Shown here in pieces: positions 1-12,400 of a DNA stretch of 64,000 bases. The number at the start of each line of letters is the position of its first letter. Position 1 is the stretch's first letter. Where the stretch lies: NCBI GenBank assembly GCA_976226885.1, contig OZ320320.1, positions 10,912,001 to 10,976,000 of the forward strand. Direction: 5' to 3'. The DNA is from Iphione sp. A-MEVVRFRX5. Taxonomy: Eukaryota. A program made the position numbers and the translations under genes. The notes under the pieces are model-generated. The model was not told the origin of the DNA. It saw nothing but the letters and a program-made list of their open reading frames with translations, and did not search any database.

Positions 1-1015
1 TAGCACTCAATATTGGCAAAACACAATATATGATATTTGGCACCACTAAAGACATCAATAGAATTAGACAAACTGCAACAATAAAATTGGCAGGAACAGA
101 GATAACACAAGCAACCACATACAAATACCTAGGACTGATGCTGGACAACAATCTCAACATGAAAGAACATATCATACACCTTACCAGAAAACTCAACACA
201 ACACTGGCAGCATTGAATATGGTCAACAAATATATTGACAATAATACCAAGCTTACCCTATACAAAACACTAGCACTACCACACATAGACTATCTTGACA
301 TTATCTGGTCCTCAATCACTAACTCACACATGAAGCAAATACAAAGACTACAAAACAGGGCACTCAAACGAGCACTACAACTGGACAGCAGAACACCTAC
401 TCATGAAGCGCATAATAGGGCAAACATGATGCTTGTGGCTGAAAGGATCAACTATCACTTACTTATACAAGGATACAAAGCCTTTCTAAAGCTACACCCT
501 GAATACATACAACAATATTACCAAATCCAAGAATACACATATAACCTACGAGACAACTTTGCAGACAAATTCATCCTACCACAAGAATCACACAAAGTAC
601 ACATTGCAAAGACAACATACTGTAGAGTCATAAAACAATGGAACAAAGCACATATTCATGCAATACACTATGACACTGCAAATATCATGCAAAGCTTCAA
701 ACACGACATCACTCACCAGTGGAAGAACAATAACATTGACTTAAGGTAGCACTCCAGAAAGCACAACCCACTTGGCACACACCACAATCATTCTCAATAC
801 AACATGACATTACCAGAGGTCTCACAATTTAAGCTTAAATTCTAGCCTGGTTAGCATAGCATTAATATGTTTGGTACTCTCTCCGTACAATATTTAAGTG
901 TTACCACTGCTTATCCATCTCAAACATCACTGTATATGCAGCCCCGGTTGTAAACCAGCCTCCTGGCTGACACGGGTTAGCTGTTTTTCAAAGAAATAAA
1001 AAATAAAAAAAAAAA
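1..1015 (+). mobile_element. 3' part of a CR1/L2-group (Crack/Daphne-like) LINE: RT C-terminus (ORF 30-749), 3' UTR and poly(A) tail
   Basis: ORF has TTYKYLGLMLD and LYKTLALPHIDY...IW...IQRLQNRALK motifs typical of CR1/L2 ORF2. Hairpin motif at 956-969, then A-rich tail at about 993-1015. Confidence 0.9.
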
Positions 1016-2109
1016 GATCAGTCTGAGTGTACTACGGCCATATATACGCTATAACGGATGGAGGAAGATTAGCTCTAGATACGTCAGCGCAATAATCTTC
1101 ATCAACTCCACGAGAGCTTATGTAACTGTATCGTGCCTATCCTGGGAACTTAAACCACCATTTTACCCAGTAAAACTAGTAATACTAGTATTGTGAGGGT
1201 TTTGTTTCCATGACGTCCCTTCAGGAAGTGGCAGCTGTACTACACACCCTTCCGGCAGATGGGTGATAATGGAAGGAAGTTATCATTTATACGTCTAGGG
1301 TTATAATGGTACCCACAGGTAGCTATTCAGGCAAGCACCAGTAGGTTTTCTAATCAGTACAGGTCTGGCTTATAATATGATTTTATTCTATTTTATTTTA
1401 ATCACACATCTCCATACAGCTATAGAGTTCTCTGATGGAACAAAAGAAACAGGAAACAGTAGTAATGTTACCAAGGTTGTAAATGGCAGTAATGAGTAGT
1501 GTGGTGACGTACTGGCCTAATCAGCGCAAGAATCTGTCTCACGATTTAGAAGCAATATGATCACATACTTGCAGATTGAGAATTTATTTTACACCCTGAC
1601 ATGATGAAAGGCTACAAAAGGAAGATTTGCCCTATGATGCCTATACATTGATCATAACAGTAGCTGGTGAGCGATATGTACTTTTCCACATCCGCACACG
1701 GATGCATATCTCAAACCATTGGGGACGGGTTTTCTCCGTGTCGGGACGTGGATTCCATAGGAGCCCATAACAAAATACATCTGGTGAACATAGGCAATTA
1801 ACTAAGGAATTCTGCAGGAGGTTTCTCTGTCCTTTCACGGGGCCAGATTTTTTTTTATCTGCATACATATGAAATGCGCCTTAGGGAATGTTCAAATCAT
1901 TATACATGTCCGTCTGGTCTTATGTACTGGGTAGAGAGAGAAGGAGAAAGGGATTACATTTTGATGTTTGACCCCTACATACATACTTTATTTCAGAAAA
2001 GACGACCACCTCGCAGATGCGACCACTTTCGTCTGGTCCCTTAGGTGGTTGCCTAGTCAAGCTGCTACTGTAACCATGGGGTCCAATGTGGTCTGAGCAG
2101 GGTCGCTCA

Positions 2110-2303
2110 CACCTCTGTGCATTCGGATTAGAGTAGTGCTCATATCCCTCTAAAATCTGGGCCTTCCTCTTGAGGATGGAAGAAGCCTGGGTCTTTCCCA
2201 CCTTCTACTCGTCAGCCACCTGCCTGCAGCTTCTTCCCTGGGAGATCTGGACTTGCTTCATCTTGTCCTTCAAGGACAGCATATCCCTCTTCAGTACAAG
2301 CAT
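2110..2303 (-). pseudogene. Degraded Tigger/pogo (CENP-B-like) transposase N-terminal HTH fragment
   Basis: Minus strand reads MLVLKRDMLSLKDKMKQVQISQGRSCRQVADE*KVGKTQASSILKRKAQILEGYE, resembling the HTH_psq of TIGD/CENP-B proteins; one in-frame stop; no DDE domain seen. Confidence 0.6.
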
Positions 2304-2409
2304 GGTGTCTGCAGCCAATGACAGAGCAAAACCAGAACCCAGAGGCAGTTCGTACAATCAGCTTAGCAGTAGGCATGCCGAGGGTCAGGGTAAGGGCAGC
2401 AGGATAACA

Positions 2410-2690
2410 GCAGCAAGATGGCAGGGGCCTTTCAGGAGGACAGCAGGGACTCAGTGGGAGGATGCCAGGGGCTGGGCCGGAGAGTGGCAGGGGCTCGGGA
2501 GGAGGATAGAAGGGGCATGGCAGGAGGACAGCAGGGACTCAGTGGGAGGATGCCAGGGGCCTTGCGGGAGGACAGCAGGGACTCAGTGGGAGGATGCCAG
2601 GGACTGGGCCGGAGAGTGACAGGGGCTCGGCAGGAGGATGCCAGGGGCCTTGCGGGAGGACAGCAGCTTGGTCGGAGAATGGCAGTGGTT
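2410..2690. repeat. Compound minisatellite (GGAGGACAGCAGGGACTCAGTGGGAGGATGCCAGGG core)
   Basis: Repeated core seen directly; it explains several overlapping ORFs. Confidence 0.85.
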
Positions 2691-3479
2691 TTATGGGAGA
2701 ACAGCTCAACCACAGCAGACAGAATGTTCTGGTGTTCATTCTGGCTTATATCCCCAGTCCTGCCACCTGTGGGGACATCTGAGCTGCTTCACTGGTCCAG
2801 GCCCATCCTCACACCATCCGGAGGTGTTGGTAGATCTGAGGAGGAACTTGGCCTTGTCGCACTAGTCCTCCTGACTGCTCCCAGTCTGCTGTCCTCCAGT
2901 GAGTGTCTGCAGTAGCAGGGAGGCCATAAACATGAAGTCGAGGTACTTTGTATGGTTCTGGCGTGTTTCTGTCCATAGTGAGGGTTGTCCGCTGTGGCCA
3001 GGGGTCTGTTATCAGGGTTTCTACTGTATGTAACCCTCCACAACAGGACATGTATGTAGAAGTCAAAGATACATTTCTGTTGTCACCATGGTAGTGTAAG
3101 CAATACGGTTTGTTCTCCTTCATAGCAGTCCAACAAATGTGGCTCGTTTTATTCTGTTCCGTTTAGATGGTGTAAGTTCAGCACGCACGGCCATTTTACT
3201 GCTTCCACGTATGAAACTGTTATGTTGACATATCGAATACGTGACCTGCAGTTGCGGGTGTGAGATTTGCAGTGCCAGGTGACCGTTTAGTTGGGTATTA
3301 GAATCAAGATCAGACTGTAATGGTCGAATACTGAACAGTTGTCATAGTGAGAAATCGGATCCTTTTCCACACAAGTTAAGACGGTGAAGAAATCCCAATA
3401 CTAGTATACTAGAAGTCATTGCATTTTCCGGTACTGTGGATGTCATAGCACTAGCTATAGGTTCAATACTGAAACATCA

Positions 3480-3710
3480 GTCACACTAGGTTAGTTACAT
3501 TACTAGGCTAGTTACTAGCGTAGTCTCACTAGGTTAGTTACATCACTAGGTTAGTTACTAGGGTGGTCATACTAGGTTAGTTACATCACTAGGTTAGTTA
3601 CCAGGGTGGTCACACTAGGTTAGTTACATCACTAGGTTACTAGGGTGGTCACACTAGGTCAGTTACATCACTAGGTTAGTTACTAGGATGGTCACACGAG
3701 GTTAGTTACA
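3480..3710. repeat. Short-unit tandem repeat (CACTAGGTTAGTTAC core)
   Basis: About 12 copies of the core with variable spacers. Confidence 0.85.
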
Positions 3711-4263
3711 TGAGGTGGATTTGGTGCAGTAGCATAAGTTGAGGCATGTAGGCAAAGTTACTTCAGGTGGGATATGTGGTCCCGCCATCTGAGGCGAAAC
3801 ATGTAAAAATGTGCCCATTGCCATATATGGTGAGACATGTGGACATGTGTCATATTCATGTTAGGTGAGACGTGTGGACACCTTTGTGGCCTGCGAGGCA
3901 TTCTCATTTCTTCCAGCCAGTCTCTCACATGGACCCCTCGTGTTACTGGTACGTATGGCTGCGTGCCGTATGGCAGCACTGCCTTTGTTGGGCTATGATA
4001 TTGACCTAGTATTGCTACTGTTGATCTGCCATTTATTCGCTCAGGTGTTGGCTACGTGTGGTCAGTGGTGCGTGACCAGAAGCCTGGCTCACTCGGTCGA
4101 TTGGTGCCATTATATTTCCGCCTTGAATAGAGGGATTTCGTATGTTCTGCCGGGAGTGGTCAGTATATTTTCTACTGCTAGCGCTGGAGGCGCCTGTTCC
4201 TTCCTTGGTGAGTTAGGCGTCAGGTCGGGCTCCCACGCTTGTCTCGAGGCGCCTGTACTGTAA

Positions 4264-4820
4264 GGCCTGGTTTCCATACCTGCGGAGCCTTGTGTGGGTG
4301 TCTGGGTGCGTGAGCTTGCATGAAAAAAGTTTCCGCAAGCTCACGCACAGGGGTGTCCTTTGATGTGCGTGAAGAACAGTTAGTGACAGTGCATAAAATG
4401 ACAAGTAAAATTATGAAAAACGGCAAAATTAGTAAAAAAAAAAACCAACAAAATTAATGGAAAATAGGCCCAAAAACATCAAATTACATGGAAAATGGGC
4501 AGAAAAACGGCTAATTTCATGGAAAATATTCCAAAAAATGGCAAAAACGTTTGGAAAAACGCCAGAAAATTGCAATTGTGTGGAAATGTGTCTAAAAGTA
4601 AGTAAAAGTGAAGAAATGTGAAGAAATCACCATGTCGGACCATGCGTGTGTGTGTGTGTAAAATTATCGGGCATGTACCGAAAATGAACCACACATGTTG
4701 TACGCACAGATGGTCATGCACATATGGAGCACTCTCTGTTGTTAAGCCTTTGTTTATAAAATATGCACTGAAACACATGGTCACGCACACGGATGCTTGC
4801 GCACCTATGGAAACCAGGCC
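4264..4820. mobile_element. PIF/Harbinger-type MITE, 557 bp
   Basis: Perfect 15-bp TIRs GGCCTGGTTTCCATA / TATGGAAACCAGGCC, flanked by TAA at 4261-4263 and 4821-4823 (3-bp TWA TSD). A similar left end is at 59013-59030. Confidence 0.85.
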
Positions 4821-4835
4821 TAACGCAGTACTCAT

Positions 4836-5260
4836 TATGATAGAGAATGTATCATTATTAATAATCTTCTCAAAGTACTCGTGTAATGTATAGTGTATAG
4901 TCATATGTTACTATGTAAAGCCTTATATGACATACTTAAACTACACAAAAAAATCTTTGTCAAGTACTCGTGTTCTCTTACGTCTTCATCTTAAAAGGTA
5001 TCCTGGATACTTGGCGTGGTGATGTCATACCATGTAAAACATTGACAACTATTGCTCACACTACCTGAATTAATGACTGTTTTACAGATCAGGTGATGTT
5101 TGCACATAGTATTTGTCATAAAGGTTAAGTGTATATACAGAGAGTTGCTCCTACACTCTTGCCGGACTCACCCTTTGCTGAACTCTGCTGCTGTGCTGTA
5201 TGCTGTGAAGAATAAGGGCTGCTATCGAACTTATCGTGTGGTGTAGACTCTGTTGTTACA
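4836..5260 (+). mobile_element. Unclassified dispersed repeat, solo-LTR-like (copy 1)
   Basis: Colinear and recognisably similar to 32716-33232; both carry an AATAA(A/G) motif about 45 nt before a TTGTTACA end. No TSD found. Confidence 0.5.
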
Positions 5261-6944
5261 GTACTTTCCTTGGTTAGTTAGGCATCAGGTCGGGCTCCCA
5301 CACTCATCTCGGCTCACCCTGTCTTGGTTGATCGCGTCAGGCCCTGCTGTCGCCTTTTCACTCACTAATCGTTTGTGCAGCCAACGAGTTGTGGCTGTAC
5401 TAATGTGGTATTTGATTGCTGTTGAAGTATGAAATGAAATTTATTCTGATGTATTGTTGTACAGTACAGTCTGAGAGTGGTATCAGGGTTTCGATTGTCA
5501 TTTTCGATGTGTACATACATGTATACATGTACATTGCCCGAAGGCATCGCTTTTACTTTAATAATTTATTTAAATTTTTCTCTCGAAAACCGTAAATAAT
5601 ATAGAAACTTCTTTTTCTTTCATATTATTGGAAACTAAGCAGTTAGTTTTGAATTTGTATAGGGTTCAGTAAGGGGGAAATCTTTTTTTCTGTCTTAGTG
5701 TTGATTATGTGTGGTCTCTTGGAGTTCACCAATTGATATTGGTAAAATGACGGACTGTCTACTGAGAGTGCAGTTCTCAAAGATGTTGGGAAGCTAAGCC
5801 ATCTATAGATAAACAAACTTGTCTAACACTTTAGTCAATGGGAAGGCTAAATTCCTTTGGAGTAATGCAGATAGAATTAGATGCTTCTGGATCTATAAAG
5901 GAGATCTATTGCCAATTGTTCAAAATATCCTAAGTTCTGAGGGGTGAGAGCTGACTGTCTGAAGGCTGGACCGCTTGTTGCTCGTCGGTGGGGGAAACGT
6001 GTGGACCGAGTTATCCCCCTCCCCCCCCCCCCCCCGAGCGATCCGCCCGTCGTAGTGTGGATTTTCTATCATAGATTAGAGAAGCATTGTCCTGAAAAAA
6101 CATTTTGTTATGAAATTTCTATATGAGATTTACTCGTTGAATTTACGCGGGACAGCTCTGTAACTACTTTCTTTGTCCCATCCTACATTTGGTCATACAT
6201 ATACATGTATTTCAGTTCTTTGTGCAATAGTCACATTCTAATCTCGGGTCAGTTAGAGTCTTTCGCATGATGTCTGATAGCGCTTATTCAGTGTACGATT
6301 TAGCGGTCTCGCACCCGCATGAATCTTTCATGGAGCCGGCCGATCGAGAGCCATCAAACATTTAGAATATTGACTGAGTAGAGAGGGGTTTGCCTGGACT
6401 TCTTGTGCTGAGGCAGCAATCATTGATCGAATAAAGCACCCCGTAACAGTAGTGTGCTCAAATGGTCTGAGGTGATACGGAAAAAGCTCCCCTCATAGGT
6501 TATGAGTAAGTTCATGATGGGTGGTAGTCTGCAATTTAGGAGCACCTCACTCTGAGATGTCAAAGTATGTGTATGTGATACATGGTAGTCCGATGACAAA
6601 ATGAAGTTTTGAAAAAAAAAAAGAATTTGTATTTGACGCAAGGTGGGAGTTTGTGTTGAAGAACTTAACACCTCCTTGATATAGTGGATATAGCTATCAG
6701 CCACTTGTTACTTAAACTAAAGAGCTGTGCAGAAATTTACAAGCATCTTCATCTAGGGAAGGCTCGACAGAGTGTAGGAAGCTTAATTTTGTTGTTGAAT
6801 ACTGACCAACAAGTTATCCAATAGGGTTACAGTTTTCACCTCCAAGAACGACTTCACTGGTATAGTATTCGTACAGATCCTTGATATGCATAATGCATCA
6901 TAGGGAGCATTTTTAACACAGACAACATGATATGTAGACATGAG

Positions 6945-7430
6945 GTATCTCATTACCAGACCGACTGTGATGTCATACTTTGAGTTTACCATGACACATA
7001 GACACAACGTAACCCTGACCAGACTGACCTTGACTTCATACTTTGAGTTTATCATGACGCATAGGCACAACGTAAGTCTGTGACCAGAATGGCCGTGACT
7101 TCATACTTTGAGTTTATCATGACACATAGACACAACGTAAGCCTGTGACCAGACTGACCTTGACTTCATACTTTGAGTTTATCATGACACATAGACACAA
7201 CGTAAGCTTGTGACCAGACTGACCTTGACTTCATACGTTGAGTTTATCATGATGCATCAGCACAATGTAAGTCTGTGACCAGACTTACCGTGACTTCATA
7301 CTTTGAGTTTATCATGACACATAGACACAACATAAGCCTGTGACCAGACTGACTGTGACGTCATACTTTGAGTTTACCATGATGCGTAGGCACCATGTAA
7401 ATCTATGACTACTCCATCTGTGACATCATA
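6945..7430. repeat. 65-bp minisatellite, about 7 copies
   Basis: CTTTGAGTTT-like motif recurs at 7041, 7106, 7171, 7236. Confidence 0.9.
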
Positions 7431-8269
7431 CTCAGAATACCACTGGACTCTTACCATTTGGTAATTGTCTAGTTACCAGTTTAGCACACAAGACTGTGAT
7501 GTTGATCTCCTTGTGACGAAAATTGACGCTGCCAGTAATGAACGCACTATGAAGCTAACATGATTGCACGAAGGATTAGTATGGGTAGAGAAGAAGGTAG
7601 ATGTGACCACCACAAGGCTATTGCATTGTACTTTAGACCTCTCTGTCTGTCTGTCTGTCCATCACGATAGTCTGCCTCTCCGTGCTCTCTCTTCCCCTTC
7701 TCAGTGTGCGGATGCAGTGGCTGGGTCAGGCAGACCCGGAGCCCCAGTCAGGAAGTACATATACCTAGACATTGCAGTCTCTCCTCTTGTATAAGAGAGT
7801 TATAGACGCAATGTCGAAGTTATCAATGAAAAGGCTTTCTTCAAAGACAACGTTGTTTCATTATTTTAAGCGCCTGGATTTGTTGCGAACACTGTTGAGG
7901 AGGAGGTAGAGTTCGATGCTGTAGCTTTAGAGGACAGTGTCAGGAAGTCGCGTCCATGAGGGGAGCCATGACAAGGCCCACCGTTCACACGAGCTTTCAC
8001 AAACAGCCGCTGCGGACGACGGCAGCACCGTCACCAGCGAGCTTCGTAAAGAGCCTGAGCTTGATATCACGAGGAGACCGTGTTGATAATTTCACCTCTG
8101 GGAAGACGGTCCTGGAGAAACATGTCACCTTCCTCCAATATAAAAATTATATTTCTAAAGACCAACTAAGTTTCTAAGGTAGTCTCGGTTGGTGTAATAA
8201 AGGACTGTAGAGTCGGAAATATCCAGTGCAAAGTCAGTCAGCTTTGGTGCTTGGTCTTTCTCTGCCACG

Positions 8270-8945
8270 ACTACAGTAGTTGGGTCTTCCCCTGTCATGA
8301 CTACAGTAGCTGGGTCTTCCCCTGCCATGACTACAGTAGTTGGGTCTTCCCCTGTCATGACTGTAGTAGTTGGGTCTGCCCCTGCCATGACTACAGTAGT
8401 TGGGTCTGCCCCTGTCATGACTACAGTAGTTGGGTCTTCTCCTGCCATGACTACAGTAGTTGGGTCTGCCCCTGCCATGACTACAGTAGTTGGGTCTTCC
8501 CCTGCCATGACTACAGTAGTTGGGTATTCCCCTGCCATGACTACAGTAATTGGGTCTGCCCCTGTCATGACTACAGTAATTGGGTCTTCCCCTGTCATGA
8601 CTACAGTAGCTGGGTATTCCCCTGCCATGACTACAGTAGTTGGGTCTTCCCCTGCCATGACTACAGTAGCTGGGTCTTCCCCTGTTATGACTACAGTAGT
8701 TGGGTCTGCCCCTGTCATGACTACTGTAGTTGGGTCTTCCCCTGTCATGTCTACAGTAGTTGGGTATTTTCCCCTGCCATGACTACAGTAGTTGGGTCTT
8801 CCCCTGTCATGTCTACAGTAGCTGGGTATTCCCCTGCCATGACTACAGTAGCTGGGTCTTCCCCTGTTATGACTACAGTAGTTGGGTCTTCCCCTGCCAT
8901 GACTATAGTAGTTTGGTCTTTCCTGTCATGATTACAGTAGTTGGA
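8270..8945. repeat. 30-bp minisatellite, about 22 copies
   Basis: Unit CCCTG(T/C)CATGACTACAGTAGTTGGGTCTTC; source of ORFs 8155-8748, 8251-8931 and 8297-8782. Confidence 0.95.
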
Positions 8946-8989
8946 TCAGTGTACAAGGAGAGGTCTTGGTTGACGACTCTGGGATGATG

Positions 8990-9330
8990 CTCAGGCAAGC
9001 ATCAGGCCCCTATAGTAAAACACCCCTCACTATCTCCCAACCTGCTGGCCAGGTTGATTTTGTTTATCAGCTATTGTCATTTCATAGCATTAGTATGATG
9101 ATGATTCTCAACATCTTATTTCAGTTTCCCACTTTCGACAAAATTGATTGCCTCGTCAGGCACCGTCATATGTTAGTGGCTATATTGAAAGTTCTGTGAT
9201 GATAGTTTGGTGTTGGGTGTTTACATTTAATCAGCTATGCTGTTCTCCTGTGGGTCATTGTAACCCTTATTAGCTTTAATTGTGGTGATTGGAAGATCAT
9301 TGATCGCAGTTGCGCGTTTGTTCTCATCTT
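8990..9330 (-). mobile_element. Possible highly decayed Penelope-like RT remnant
   Basis: With frameshifts, the minus strand gives AINDLPITTIKANKG (cf. IKPADKG), VPDEAINFVE (cf. TNVPVDEAI) and GVFYYRG (cf. GxFYxQxxG). Weak, by eye. Confidence 0.35.
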
Positions 9331-9944
9331 GTCCGTGAGCTTCTGGTCGGGTGATAGATGATTGCTCCCTGGGGGACTGGACGGTCATGTGAGCTGTTGT
9401 GAGGAGGTAGGCTGTGTCTGGGCTGGAGGCTCCGCTCTCTTCATCCGGCCTCACCACTTTGATGCGTCCATGACATAGAGGCCCACGGGCGTGAGACTGT
9501 ACCTGTATTCTTCGTGCAGCTGTCCTACATCATAGCTTACATATTCATCAATGTAAGAATACAGTCAAGGTGCGTATTTCAGTAGTGTTATGCAAGTTTT
9601 CGCTTTATCGAACAATGTTATGCACTTTTTCTCTCATAACAACGAATGGCCCATGCACTCAGATTTTCGTTAAACTCTATCTGTTCTGTCTTAATTATTA
9701 ACACAACTCTGAAGTATTATCTGTACATTCTTAACAGATTTTGAGATTTCACAATGTCAGTTGGCAGTGGTGAAGACAAAATTTGTTGAAACAAATTCTG
9801 TGAGCATGTTTGTGGATGTATATCACAGAGAATAATGAAGATGGAGCCTTGAACGTGTATGTTTACTACTAGCCTGTTAGGATACACTAATATATATTAA
9901 GTTACAACACATAGTTACACCTAGAAATACTAAGTGCTGATAAG

Positions 9945-10575
9945 TTTTTGTCCCCCCCCTCTATGAGGCGGGGGACATTAGGAATGTTGCTGGCTGGTGT
10001 CCTGACCATCCGTCACACTCTTGTGGGTCTTATAAGTCTTAAACCCTTCACTCACAAAAACTGATTTTAATATATGATATTGGTATATATGGCCCCATGG
10101 TACTGGGTAATTTTGGTAGTAATTCAAATATTTTGAAGGTGAAATTATGCCAATTTTACTCTTTTCCTAACACACCTACAAACATACATACCTGGTTCAG
10201 GGGTTCCTAGGTCTGACAATGCACATACATACACACTCAGTGCTCAGTCATGCAGAACCGAGGGTTTGTAGCAGTCTGATGCTCAGTGAGGCAGAACCAA
10301 GGGGGGTGTGCCCGGTCAGGCAGAACCGAGAGTTGTAAACCTGAAGGACTTAAACAAGTCTAGCCAACTACCCCCAAAACAAGCTGCCAATCAAGGTGGT
10401 TGTAAGGAGAGACACACACACACGCACACACACATACACACATACATACATATATATACATATATTTTCTCTCTTTCTCTCCCCTTCTCGCCCCGCCCCC
10501 AATCTTTATGGGCAGTTGATGGCGGGGGACAATAGACCTCACAGGTCCACACTCTTGTCTACTTTATATTTACTC
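9945..10575 (+). mobile_element. Helentron-HINE-like non-autonomous element, copy 1
   Basis: 5' TTTTTGTCCCCC...GGGGGACA, conserved core, internal (CA)/(TA) microsatellite, 3' GGGGGACAATA then hairpin GACCT-CAC-AGGTC (10535-10547). Homologous to 30771, 47102, 49500 and 52400 copies. Confidence 0.65.
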
Positions 10576-11039
10576 AACATGTAGATGTATAAGGAAGTGT
10601 AGTTCCGGATCAGGAACATTCATGCGTATTTTGTATATGGAAAAGACTGTCATTGAGAAGCATATGATTTATATGGCCCTGCTATCCCAAGACAGTTAAG
10701 AGCCTTCTGCATCCTTTCCTTCTTTTGTAAGACTAAGTAGAATCTGTAGGAAATCCCAGTGATGACAGAAGGACTTCCATCCTACTGATGTCTACCACTG
10801 TGCGCAGTCAAGTTAAAAAGGTTTCTTTACTAGAGAAATGCCGAAAGTCACTGAAAGGGAGGGGGAGAAATATGTCTTTCTGAAGCTGTGCACTGTTGTT
10901 ACAAAAAAAATAAAACCTTAACAGCTTTGATATCGGGGAAGAGCCAAATATAATCCACTTGTGGCCATAAATTTGCTTGGGTCAGTGAATGGATGTCCCA
11001 CTACATTCCCCACGCTGTCCCACACACTGGCTTTGGTGA

Positions 11040-11590
11040 AAGATTTCTCCCACTAAACTCCCCACTCTCTCCTACATGCTAGGATCGGTGATGAGATATC
11101 TCCCACTACATGCCCCACTCTCTCTTACACGCTGGGGTCAGTGAATGGATAGCACCCTCTCCATGCCCCACTCTCTCCTACGTGCTAGGGTTGGTGAATA
11201 GATATCTCCCACTGCATGCCCCACTCTCTCCTACATGCTAGGGTCGGTGATGAGATATCTCCCACTACATGCCCCACTCTCTCTTACACGCTGGGGTCAG
11301 TGAATGGATAGCACCCTCTCCATGCCCCACTCTCTCCTACGTGCTAGGGTTGGTGAATAGATATCTCCCACTGCATGCCCCACTCTCTCCTACATGCTAG
11401 GATCGGTGATGAGATATCTCCCACTACATGCCCCACTCTCTCTTACACGCTGGGGTCAGTGAATGGATAGCACCCTCTCCATGCCCCACTCTCTCCTACG
11501 TGCTAGGGTTGGTGAATAGATATCTCCCACTGCACGCCCCACTCTCTCCTACATGCTGGGGTCAGTGATGAGACATGCCTCACTGTGTCC
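11040..11590. repeat. 53-bp minisatellite organised as a 159-bp (3-mer) higher-order repeat
   Basis: Diagnostic TCTCTTACAC variant at 11121, 11280 and 11439 (spacing 159). Confidence 0.9.
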
Positions 11591-11949
11591 CCCATTGCCC
11601 TGTCGATAAGAAATATCTCATCACCATCCAATAATGTCTAAGCAACATCAGCAAGGAATAGCATTGTTCATTTAAACTACTTCTTAGATCATGTTTACTG
11701 TAGTTGTCAAGTCACAGGTAATAGTGACTCTTAAAAAGGACGTCAACCATCGAAACACGTGCTTCATATGAAGCAGACTCCTCTGCTCTCCAGGTACGAG
11801 GGAGTAATCGTCCCCAGAGGGTCAGTGGAAGTGTGAGGATCAGGCTATCTGAAGTTTAACATCTCTCCATTCGCTGCTCCCTTTATTGTGATCCCCTCGC
11901 CCTCCTGTTCCATGCTGAACTCAGGGGATCACTCGGTGTGCATTTAAAG

Positions 11950-12400
11950 CTGGCCGCCCCCAGCTTGAAGCAGGTCTGCGCTCCTCATCACGGCCAGGCC
12001 TCTTGAATAGCACGTCATCTGATAGGTTGGGCTCCGCTTAGCGGGCTGTTTGCCGCATTGTTCCACGCACGCTTACCATTAGCCTGGCTTACCTCAGGCA
12101 GCACGCCACCAGTCACGCCAGTCACCGGCGCCGCTGGCGGGGCGGGATTAGGCAGTTCTGGGGAACTCGTTGGGACGAGGTTCGTGGAAGGCTCCTCGGC
12201 CTTCAGTCATGCGAGCAGCGGGCGGCGAATGCCAGGGGCGGGGAGAGGCTAGCGCTGGGGGCGGGGGAGGGGAAGAGGAGGGGGAGGGGGAGGGGAGCGG
12301 GGGAGGGGGAGGGGGAGGGGGCGGCGATAAGTCGGCGTTAACCGCCGCAGATGAGCCGCCGGGATCAGGGCAGCAGAACATTCCTTAAATCAGTAAGCTG
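11950..12400. promoter_or_regulatory. GC/CpG-rich island with G-tract cluster; candidate (bidirectional) promoter
   Basis: Sharp local rise in GC and CpG; G runs at 12257-12321; donor-like GTAAGC on + (12393) and on - (12071-12077, 12087-12094). Confidence 0.55.
12351..12392 (+). CDS. STK33: Candidate first coding exon of STK33 (MSRRDQGSRTFLKS)
   Basis: ATG at 12351, 14 codons, TCA|GTAAGC donor in phase 0; matches the phase-0 acceptor (pyrimidine tract + AG at 23140-23141) directly before 23142. Inference only. Confidence 0.35.

Noticed and set aside
5475-5492. TGGTATCAG, resembling a tRNA-Met primer-binding site
   Set aside because: Lies more than 200 nt from the LTR-like end rather than adjacent, and the match stops at 9 nt.
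7800-8260. Possible hAT/TTF-type transposase N-terminus (MKRLSSKTTLFHYFK...)
   Set aside because: Needs several frameshifts and the motifs are too weak to call by eye.
8155-8931. Long ORFs on both strands (TGEDPTTVVM / FPCHDYSSWV repeats)
   Set aside because: A 30-bp unit without stops in several frames gives these automatically; no splice sites or unique domain.
9131-9160. Hammerhead-like CTGACGA-GGCAA...TTGTC-GAAA on the minus strand
   Set aside because: Core and stem II look good, but position 17 would be G, stem I is absent, and the bases also read VPDEAINFVES within the putative Penelope RT relic; probably coincidental.
11729-11762. CTTAAAAAGGACG...CGAAACACGTG, resembling a Penelope hammerhead
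   Set aside because: Two mismatches in CUGANGA and a broken stem II; no supporting context.
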